DNA of 64,000 nucleotides from Lepidodermella squamata (lineage: Eukaryota; Animalia; Gastrotricha): contig JBLDXI010000055.1 in the NCBI GenBank assembly GCA_047495785.1, positions 744,001-808,000 of the forward strand, given 5' to 3'. The position numbers were made by a program, and so were the translations under genes. The notes under the pieces are model-generated. The model saw only the letters and a list, made by a program, of their open reading frames with translations. It did no database searches and was not told the origin of the DNA. Below are positions 12,401 to 22,804 of this stretch, piece after piece (the first letter of the stretch is position 1; each line of letters begins with the position of its first letter).

Positions 12401-13067
12401 AACGTTTTCAGCTTCATGCGAGCTTGAACTTCAAGATTTTCCCTACGACACTCAAACTTGTTATTTCTCGTTCTCACTGAACCGAGCGATTGACTTAGTG
12501 ACGTTTCAAGATCCGATATTTTTCGTCTCATTGAATGAGTCAAATTCGAGAAAGTGGAGTTATGAAGGATACACTTCGATTGTATCGAAACAGATCTACA
12601 ACGGAAAATTTACCAGCGCTGTTTACTACGTTATTACCGTCAAACGAAACCCAACCTATTACATATTGAACTTGGCCTTGCCTAGCGCTGTCTTGATATT
12701 AGTTCAAATCGGGTCTTTCCTGCTACCGCCGGAGATGCCTGATAGGCCTGCTTTCTCAATGGCAGTTTTACTGGCGATTGTCGTAGCTGAAGCGGGTGTT
12801 GCTAGCAATGTCCCAAAAACCGCGCAGCACATATTTCTGGCCGATTACATTGCCAGCCTGAGTTGGCTAAGCGCCGCTTGTACCGTTTATCAGCTGGCGA
12901 CTTGTTGCCATCAGCGCACGATTGACATGGACGTCGATGCTGTATTCGCCCCGCATCGGTATTTCCGCAACACGCTGTGCTTGATCCGCTTGTTTGATAT
13001 TGTGGTCGCTTTTCTGTTGTCGCTTGCTTTCATGGTTTTGCATGGATTTATGGCATACCTGGCATAA
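9481..13067 (+). CDS. Lectin-fused Cys-loop ligand-gated ion channel subunit, copy 2
   Basis: Same exon structure as copy 1 (exon 1 9481-9520; stalk exon 11694-11799, 106 nt as in copy 1; phase-1 intron 11800-11874 into the channel exon 11875-13067). Identical Cys-loop and near-identical TM region. Confidence 0.85.
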
Positions 13068-13448
13068 CTTTTGACTCGTTGAAGTTGAGAGGAGTTTGTC
13101 GAACTAGTCGCTTCATATCGTTAGCTATTGGATTAATATACAGCTTTTTATTGGTTCATCAGCTCGTTCGAATTTCAATCTCTCCATGAGTAAATATTTC
13201 TAATTTAAAGCTCTGGTCGCATTTTGTAAAAGTAAATTTTATCCTCTGTAAGCCTATCGTTTCACTTATGAAATAATGGAGTGTTTATACAAATCAATTT
13301 GAAGGATACCGCGTGAAGTATATGATAAAATACCATTTATTTGAAGCTTACGATAAAAGCAGGAAATCGGCTAAATATACGGAGCTACCTGAGTGAAGAA
13401 CCCATGAACAAAAATTTTAATAAAAAGGGCTATAGAAAACGATTCACA

Positions 13449-15038
13449 ATGAATAAACTGGATTGGCTGCCCGGGTTCTTATTACTGACTACCAGTTGCT
13501 GTTCTGAGACCATACAAGACTCTCTGGGATGTTTCGACAAAGAGAAAAATAGATGTAAGTAATTTTCCCTGATCATATTTCTAAGATACACTTAACAACG
13601 CAGATATCACTGAGAACGACTTGACTGAGATCGTGTTTGTCGCTAATAGGACTAATCATTGGGAACGGCCAGTTCTTAACCCTATGAATCCAGTAGCTGT
13701 TCAATTTAAACTGGTTATTCGCGGGATAATTGATGTCGTGCGTGATTTCTTTGCGTTCGAATTGTCGAAATTAAGTTTTAATACTCTAGGACGAAAAATC
13801 CTCTTTGGTTCAATTAGGCGGCTATTTACACCTGGTAAAGCTGCATTATAAAATAGAAAGACATCCGAATATTTAAGATAATTCGACAGTTTTGGTACGA
13901 CGAAATCCATGTTTGGAAAAACGATGAAAAATTGTCCTGCATTGACCAAATTGTCATGCCTCATGGCTCAGAAACCGGTCTATGGATACCCGATATCGCC
14001 TTTTCGAACGGGTAATAATCGCAAGGTCATAATAATTAAGCTACAATTTTTTAATTAATTAGAGATTCTCATTTTGAATTGAGCAAATCTGACGCAGAAC
14101 ATCTTAGAATAAGCAGCGACGGTCTCACAGTGTTCTCACCTGGCGGTCTCATCAATTTTCGCTGTACTTTCGACATCAAGTTATTCCCATTTGATAAGCA
14201 GGTGGAACCGGAAACGCTATCATTATTTTACTTTACGTTCCATCTTATCTCATTTCAGACCTGCATACTGCAATTTGAGAGTTGGCGCTATCAAATCAGG
14301 TATCAAATATTTGTCAACACCAGCGCTTGGCTGGAGAACATGAAACAGCACGAGCAGTGGGAACTATTGGGCGTAACGGCAGAGGAAACAAACGCAACGT
14401 TTGCCGCGGGATCTTTTAGCCGAGTTGTGTTCCGTCTTGACATGCGTCGTAAAGCAGCTTATTACTCCCTATCAGTGATTCTTCCCAGCCTTTTAGTCGC
14501 CATTGTCGAATTAGCGACTTTCATTGTGCCCTTTGATATGGAGGTTCGGCTCGAAGTTTCGTTCACATCAATGCTGGCCTATTCCGTTTTTCAATCAATG
14601 ATTTTCGAATCGATGCCCCATAGCGCCGATAACCCGCCATTGTTGCTAATTTTCATCAACCTAATTACGATTTTCATCGCCGTCTCTATCTATGTCCAAG
14701 CTATTTGCCTATACTTTGTCTCGAAAGCTAAAACATGTAGAAGGGAGGGAAAGTTCAACGAATTGAAAACAAACCCAGCTCCGAGGAAGCTAATGGCACT
14801 CGCAAATATTTTGGCAGTGCTACTCCTGTTAAACCCTTTAGGACCCTTCGATCAACATCAGAACTACGTCTTGAAGGCGGCCCCGATTCAAAAGCTTGCA
14901 TCTTATAACAGCAAGACCTGGTTATTTTTGGCGCGAGTTCTAGATCGCCTGTCATTTTGTCTATTTTTCATCCTACTAACTCTAACTTCGGTCTGCTTTT
15001 TGGGAATAATCCCCGCAGTTTACGCCGCGCCTCGCTGA
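13449..15038 (+). CDS. Divergent nicotinic-receptor-like (non-alpha) Cys-loop channel subunit, 6 exons
   Basis: Signal peptide MNKLDWLPGFLLLTTSCCS, ERPVLNPMNPVAV, IIDV/DEKS, FWYD..W, LWIPDIAFSN, Cys-loop CTFDIKLFPFDKQ/TC, FESWRY, RRKAAYYSLSVILPS, four TM helices ending W.FLARVLDRLSF. No vicinal Cys in loop C. Confidence 0.88.
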
Positions 15039-15126
15039 ATTAAATCAATTTATTTTATTCGAATAATTGTGTAGTATAAAAAAATTATGCCATCAACAAT
15101 GAATGTAAAGGAAATAAATTGTTTGA

Positions 15127-17584
15127 TTAGTTAATATCGTCGCTAGCTGAGTTGCTCTTAGCTCTGCTGGTAGGAAACGAAGCGGTGACGATATCGCGTT
15201 CCAGGTCAAACATGGGCGAGGGAAGGCCAGGATCGGTGTACATAACAGCGCAGTAGGTTTTTCCATCGTTCAAACAACGGCCGGCTGCAACGCCAGCGAA
15301 CTCGCACAGGGTATTTCCGCCCGTTAGAACAGACACAGGAAAGCTGGCAACCTGATTCGGCGCCTTCTTGAAATCTTCAACTTTGAAAACCTAACAAAAA
15401 AATTAAAATGGATTTTGAATAATGCAAAGATCTCACGTACGTATAAGTGATCGTTGTGCTCGAGGATGGCTTTCTGGCGCCAATAGTACAACTTGGTCGC
15501 GTCGCTGATTCGAACAACCTGGCCATCAATCTGGCCATTGTAGGTCCAAAACACCGGTTTAAGCACCTTCGAATCGACTGAAACTCCGTCATTGACAGCC
15601 ATTATTGGATAGTGAGCAACGTGGCCGCGCGATGAGCAAACCAGATTGATAAGATTCACGCTTTCTGGGTCGTAGTTCGAATCATCGACGCCGTGAACAA
15701 ACGGCTCAGGGCACAGTTTCCAACGGAAGATTGGTTCAAGATTCGGATGACGACCAGCCTCGCCGCGAGTTGCTTCGGTCGAATACACGACCACGCGGTC
15801 GTTTTCAGTCGTGAACAGCCACCGCAGCTTCGAGCTAGCGACTAGACCACCCTTGAAACTGTCCTCAGCTGCGCCGATTGTAAGCAAAGTTGGCGCGACG
15901 TCTTGTGACGATGAGTTGCCAGGCATGAAATAGTAGATTCGCCGGCTCAGCTCGCCATCGTCCTCCGAGATACATTCAGCGCTAAAATAGACGACGCGAC
16001 CATTCGTGTCACTTGAAATGTGCTCGATGTCGAAACGGAATAGATCTCGCGGTGTCTTTATCGCAAACGATCTTTTCACCTGTTTAGCCGCATCAAAAAG
16101 CTAAACCGAAAACAGGATGTCAAAAAATTGGTCTTATATTGAGGTTTCTTACAGTTATTTTGTTTTCGTCGTGAAAAACAGCGAAAAGCGAGTGAACATG
16201 AAGAGTTGAAATTCGAATTTTTTGCTGAGTGAATGTCGGTTGTTGCCTTTGACTGTTAGAAGGCGAGGCGACATCAGTAGCGCTTGAACTTGGTGCCGCA
16301 TTTTCTTGCTTCGAACCTATCAGCCAATTTCTGGCAAATCCGAACAGCGACAGCCGACTCGAACTCTGCGTCTTTTGCTCTTCCAGCTTTTGTTGACGCT
16401 TGTCAGCCGTTGATCGGCCGTGATTCGCAACAGCGTTTTGAATTTGAGCCTCATTGATTTTGTTAGCACGTTTTGCCGATTTCGTCTGGGGCGTGCTTGA
16501 GACATTGTTATTGACCTTCAACTCACCGAGTTCGATGCTCTCGAGCTGGGTAACGAGCTGCCTTAAAATTGGCACTTCTTCAAAACGAAGGAATGGAGAA
16601 TCCAGAAAGTGCAAGCACTTCTGAATCTCGCTGATCTGTAGGTAAAAAATCAGAATTATTTCATCTTATTGGGAATTTGTAATTACCGCTTGATTGTAGT
16701 GAACTGAATCGATGTATAGCGCTGCGACTTCGTCCAAATCTTGGTTGAAAATTGAATCCGCCAAAAGGGATTGTTTACGCCTTTCGAGCTGAGCCGCGTC
16801 GGGTAGGTTCGAAAATTTCGCCAATTTGCCCCGCAGATTACTCGATTGCTCCTCGGCAAATTGAGACGACGTAGCCTTAATGGCTGACATTTTAGCCCTT
16901 ACAGAATTCAGAGCGCGCTGCATTGAATTTGAAATCGATTCGAGTTGCGCTTCGATGACCAATAAATCGCGCTGAATGGCATTTCCGATTGTTGTACTCA
17001 TGTCTTTCACACAAGTGTCCAATTTCAACTCAGATGGCTGCTTGGGAAAATTAACTACGAAAATTGAGTTTCAGTCATCAAACTAACCTGAGTATTCAGC
17101 TGTAGAATTTCGTTTTTGATGCGTTCCATGTGATGAAACTTGCAGGAATAACAGAAATCCTTATCGCAGTGTCGACAACGCTTCCTTTGTTCGGGCATGA
17201 ACAGGGAGTGAATGCATACATCCGCCATTTCAGCGCTGTTCGAGTCGAGTTGAAACTGTTTCGACAGCTGGTTTTGCAGCCGCATTTTCTCAACAATGCC
17301 CTGGGCCACCAAATTTGTTTGGAAAGCTTTCAGCCCGCCAGGTCCGACGTGGCTGAGTGCTCGGCATAGCGGGCAGCGAATTGAGTTCGCGTAGCCAACT
17401 TCGCATGGCAAGTGTTCCAGGCAGCCCTGGCAGAAATTATGCGGACACCCTGGTAGAATTTTTGGAGTTTCGAATAAGTTAAGGCAGATCGGACATGTTA
17501 CATCCTGAAAGCAAATTTCAGTCCAGGTTCTTTTAACATGAAATGACTTACCGATAACATATTATAAGAAGCATTCGCAGCCAT
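15127..17584 (-). CDS. TRIM-like E3 ligase A (RING, B-box, coiled coil, putative beta-propeller)
   Basis: Micro-exon MAANASYNMLS, then DVTCPICLNLFETPKILPGCPHNFCQGCL..CPLCR (C3HC4 RING), B-box-like CIH..CRHCDKDFCYSCKFHH, helical region, beta-rich C-terminus. Confidence 0.8.
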
Positions 17585-17929
17585 TTTTCGCGATCGAAAA
17601 TTGTTTGAACCAATGTAAAGTTCTTCTTAATAAAGGCTCGCCATAAAGTTAATTTCAAGGCATGTGCATTCGTTTGTAACCATGCTGATCAAATAGAAGC
17701 TGAACTTGGCCAGCAGCTGTATACCATTGTTTACAAGACATGGTCGACTGCTTGCAAACTTGGCTCGCCTATATCGGCTTCAACTTCGATCATGTGCTGG
17801 AAATTTGTAAGCCAATGGCAGGGAATGAATAAAAGACCAAGAATAAACAAAACTAACTCTAAAACAGTTTTGAAAAAATCTTTTATTTTTCTTTCCCTAT
17901 CTCGAGAGAGAGAAAATTGGGGAGCAAGA

Positions 17930-18225
17930 ATTCGAAAACCCCATATTTTTATCATTAATGGTTACGGAGAAATTTCAGTGTCAAGTTGGTCACGTGACCT
18001 TACCTACTGATGTCACACCTGAGCGGTTATCTCGAGAACGGTGAAAGCTAGGAAACCGCTCCAAAAGAATATGTCCATCCGCGTGATGAGAAATACCTAG
18101 AAATACATTCTATCTGGCTGCAGGTGATTCTTCGTGCAAAATCGATTTTGGTGAGAGTCCCAAAATAGAGGTCCTATCTCATCATCCTAGCTCAACCAAG
18201 CCGACGAGACACTGGTCATTTATTC
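17930..18225. mobile_element. Possible short non-autonomous DNA element (HINE/MITE-like)
   Basis: Non-coding block with palindrome ggtcacgtgacc, atctcgagaacgg..aaagctagg and a GC-containing 3' segment before a T-rich end; recognised by resemblance only. Confidence 0.25.
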
Positions 18226-18405
18226 GTTTTCACTTTATTTATACGATTTCCCAGCGCGGAGATATGCCTTTTAGACACCATGGGGTTGTAGTCACCCTTT
18301 CTTGTCCCTGTCAACAAGACCAGTTGAGAAATCTATTGCCCTGACCCTGATGTCAAACAAAATCGAAATAACGCAAAGATGAAAAGCTTCAGCTTGAGTT
18401 TTATT

Positions 18406-19456
18406 TTAGTTTTCGAACCTAGCAAAATCTTTGTCACTCGAGTTAATTTTAGGGCTCGATAAATCAGGTCCTCGATACAGCGGAACCAGCCGCGATGGGT
18501 TGAACTTCGCCATGCTTCGATAAGCACCCTGGCAAATCTGCTCCATATCGATTGTTTGCGATATTCCTGGCAGCTGGAACACCTTCCTCAGCCAACGCTT
18601 CGTGTTCGGGTAATCACTATCGTTGCGCAGAGATTTCAAATTCAATTTGCAGAGATATTCGTAAATAACAGGCAAGCGTAGTAAGAAAGGGAATGTTTCG
18701 ACATCAGCCGCTGTTATCACATCACCGGCAAGAAAGGCCCGTTTAGCTAACAAAGCTTCTACTCGGTCGAGTGATTTGAAGAACAACTTAGCATTGGTCT
18801 CAAATTCGTCTTGAGTCTTCGAATAACCGGTGCGATACATGCCGTAAGTCAGTTCTTCCCTGAGCCAGGGCAGCACACTGTCGATTTCTCCAATCAAATT
18901 TTTCGGATATAAATCAACACTCTTCGGGCCGAGAAATTTGTTGAAAACGTGGTTGAAATTGTGAACCAGATCAGCCGATTCGTTGTTGACCATTGTTCGA
19001 GACTTTGTGTCGAACAAAGCCGGAACAGTGACCCGGCCGTCGTAGCCAGGTTGACTGAGCTGGTACAGTTCGCTGAGAAGCTTAGCATTGATAACAGGGT
19101 CGACGCCAAGCTGCGGGTCGAATCGCCATCCGGTTGGCGGGTGCTCAATAACCGAATGAACCGTGACAACTTTGATGACTTTATCCAGCTTTTTCAACGC
19201 TACAGTCAGCAAAACCCGATGAGCCTAAGGTTCAAGTAGAAGATGAAGATGAAACGTTTTCTGAGTTGATGAATTTACTTACAAATGGGCACATTTGAGC
19301 AATGTAGAGGACATATCGATTTGGCTCTGGCTTGTAAATAGCATGATCCGCTGAAATGACATGGCGAAAAAGCCCCGGTGATCCAACTTTGCTTTTGTTG
19401 GCAACTTGGTTCCGGCACGCAAGAACTGTGCACAAGAACTTTGGAAATACGTTCAT
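18406..19456 (-). CDS. Glutathionyl-hydroquinone reductase (Xi/omega-like GST, YqjG/ECM4 type), 2 exons
   Basis: RYVLYIAQMCPF/AHRVL across intron 19225-19282, then GWRF..DP, LSELYQLSQPGYDGRVTVPALFD, VNNESAD, DLYP, GMYRTGY, DYPN...W, NPSRLVP..GP. Confidence 0.88.
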
Positions 19457-20866
19457 TTTTTTTATAATAATCTTTTTTATGAATGAGTGGTGACAATTAT
19501 TTGTTCACATCAAAATTACGCGTCGCACGTGACAACGCCTTTAATTGCACGTGTTTTTGCCAAGCTGATGACGCCATTGCAAAGATAAGATAAACATGCG
19601 CTGTCGTAGTTCACATCTGAATTAGCTATAGGTACCTAAGCATAATTTAACAGAAAGACGGACAGAAAGAAAGCTCACATGCGCCATGGCTGCAAGATGA
19701 TCTGCTGTTTCACAGCGGCTTGGTAAAAACACAGCGTGTCCCGTAAGTAACGCAAGCATGGAAAATCCACGGAAAAGGGTTCAGAAACTCCAAGGGTTCA
19801 GAAAATGAGAGACGAACACAGCTCATGGACAGAAAAAATTTAGAAATATTCATAAAATGACGAAAAATAATAACCAAGTATGTCAATTGTTAATGGAATT
19901 AAAAAAGTCAGGAGAAATTGGTTCCAACCGGGTAAAATACCGCAAATTACCGAACCAGTTACCATCGGGGTTTTCCGGGTCATCTCCGGTAACTTTTATT
20001 TCTTCGGTTAGATGAAAGATAAAGATAGACGGTGGAATATTCTCTCGGCAGGTTTAATTTGACAAAAATATAGTTCATTAGCTAAATAAAGCTTAAATTG
20101 GTGATGGCATCGAAAACGATGCTGGTTCCAGTTAGCTCAATTTCATTTCGATACTTGTAACAATGCGTTACAATGCGAGGTCACAATATGACTGCAATAT
20201 GACTACCATGACCTAATTGTGTAGTGGTCTCGCCCCATGTGCATTATTTTCTTTCATTTATAATTTTATCAGTTTTTTGTCGTTATGTTGTTGGGGCCCA
20301 AGTCCGAAGCGTAATGCCAGGTAATGTTTTACTTTTTGATGCCACTTGGAGACACCGGGCAGGCGTGCTATTACATGAAACAGCAAGAATGACAAGGCTT
20401 GCTCACTACGTTGTTTTGCGCTCGCACGGGCCGTTAAAATCAAGGTAAAATGGGAGAATTAGGCAGAATGGGTATGTATATCAAATCAAGTGCCAACATT
20501 TTGCGTTCGGCATTTCGGTAAAAAAGCCGAAAATTGTGCTTAATTTGGCATTTTGCTCTCAATATTTTTACCATCGTACCGGTGTTATAAATAACTTCAT
20601 TCTAAAAATAACCGGCATATTAGTCAGTGAACACACTGTATATCGGTAGGCAACGTTAAAGTCGCGGTCAAGTGAGACATTGCCTAGGGTTATTTTTAGT
20701 TTAAAAAAAACGCTTCGTATGATAATGGCAAATAACATAAGCATTTATTGTTCGCGATATGAGTTGTAGGCGTAGTAAATGGCAATATATATACAGCTGC
20801 TCTTGATATTCGAAGTTACGTCATTGCACCTCGCCTCCTCTAGCCTGAAAATGACTGAGGCTATAG

Positions 20867-22699
20867 ATGCAGTCGATTATGATGTTACCGAACCTTTTAT
20901 TTATTCTAAATTCGATTATCCTTCACGCCTATACGGCAAATGGGGATAGCATCTCCAAGTCCAAGGTCATAATTGTCTCGAACCGCCTACCTTTCACCTT
21001 TCACGATCAACGGAACTTCACGGCAAGTTCTGGCGGGCTTGTGTCTGCTCTAAGTGGGGCTAGAAAATTCGTTAACTTCAAATCATGGATTGGATGGCCA
21101 GGTGAGCATGAGTTGAAATTTTTTATGGTAACGATGTGTCTTTAAATCAAGGAATTGAACTGCGAGCAGGGCTTGAAGATCTTACGATAGGCAACATGAC
21201 GTTCGGACCTGTTAATTTGGACGATGAAACAGCTCATTTGTACTACAACGGCTTTGCCAATAGTGTTTTGTGGCCAAGCCTTCATTCAATGTCTGAAAAG
21301 GTCGACTACAAACCCTCTGTCCAATGGGACGCTTACGTAAGGGCGAACCGAGCTTTTGCTCAGAAAATCGCTGTAACAATAAGCAGTGGCGACTTGGTGT
21401 GGATTCACGACTACCATTTGATGCTTGTCCCAAAATTATTGAAGGATCTGGTTCCTTCATGGTTGAATTACAGGGTGGGATTTTTCTTTCATACCCCGTT
21501 TCCTGACCATAAATACTTCAGGTAAAGCCTCTCGTGGGAACTATTGAATAGTCATATGAGTTCATTTTAGAACGATTCCTCAATGGCAGCAATTGATCAA
21601 AGGAGTGACTCATAGCGATTTAATAGGCTTTCAAACCGAAGAGAATCTCAGTAACTTCTTGAGAACTTGCAACACGCTTTGGGGCGAAAGATTCAGGCTG
21701 CAAAAGGATGGGTTTGTATCCGCATCTCGGCGATATTTCAAGGTCACATCAGCCCCAATTGGAATTGACGTAGAAAAATTCTTCAAAATTAAGGAAACAC
21801 CGGCTAACAGGAATTCGGTGGGAGAGATTAGGAAGCAGTATTCAAGAACGCGAATTGTGCTGAGTGTTGACCGAATGGACTACATCAAAGGCATACCAAA
21901 TCGACTACAAGCGATTGATCAGCTTTTCACTAGATACCCGTCATACATCGGTAAAATTGTCTTCGTTCAAGTTCTAGTGCCGTCACGGCAAGAAGCAGCT
22001 GGCTACCGAGATCTTGCTGAATCAATACAGAAATTTACTACGCGCATAAACGACAAATTTCGCTCCCTGAATTATACGCCAGTTGAAACTATCAGCAAGT
22101 CTCTGGATCTCGAAGCTTTGATCTCATGGTACGGTGCAGCAGATTTATGTTTGATCACATCAGTTAGGGATGGTATGAATTTGGTGAGTGAATTTGTTCA
22201 AAATTCAAAAATTTAATTGTATTTTATTTGCGTTAGGTTGCGTTTGAGTACGTAGCTAGTCAATTGGACGGTAAAGGCGTCTTAGTACTCAGCAATAACA
22301 CTGGCGCCGCCCGTTACTTGGAAGGTAGGATATTTAAAAAATTAAACGGCAATATTTAGAGCGTTCTTTTGTTAGGATCGATTATCTTTGACCCGTCCAA
22401 AATTGAAAATATTGTGAAGTCAATAATCAATGGTCTCAACCAAAGCCAAGCTGCTAGCAAAGCTAGTTTTTGTAACCTGAATCGATTTGTTTCTAATCAA
22501 ACATCGATGAAATGGGCCAAGGACTTTCTAGGAGAGCTCGAGGTAAAACACTCAAATAATTTTAAGGCACCCATTAAATGTTTCCCTATTAAAGAAAATG
22601 CATAGTACAGGCGGCTTTAGTCTTGATTGGAGCTTCTTTTTCGGCGCTGTGATAGGATCGGTTATCTTCCTGGTCGCAACTCGCCGCAATAAAGTTTAA
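20867..22699 (+). CDS. TPS1: Trehalose-6-phosphate synthase (GT20, TPS1/OtsA type, no phosphatase domain) with predicted signal peptide and C-terminal TM helix, 6 exons
   Basis: VSNRLP, SSGGLVSAL, WIGWPG, YYNGFANSVLWP, WIHDYHLMLVP, FFHTPFP, DLIGFQT, PIGID, VDRMDYIKG, VPSR, SVRDGMNLV/AFEY, VLSNNTGAA. Last exon reads KMHSTGGFSLDWSFFFGAVIGSVIFLVATRRNKV*. Confidence 0.88.
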
Positions 22700-22804
22700 G
22701 TTAGAATATTTCGCGACATCTCATTTTTCCATACACTGATTATCTCAGCATATTACATTGTTAACATTTGGAGAAACAGCTATTTTATTATTCAAATAAA
22801 TTAT

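Noticed and set aside
19770-20720. Short repeats (aagggttcagaaa x2, accgg/ttaccg motifs, caatatgact x2) as a MITE or CRISPR-like array
   Set aside because: Repeats are short, irregular and lack constant spacing; the context is eukaryotic.
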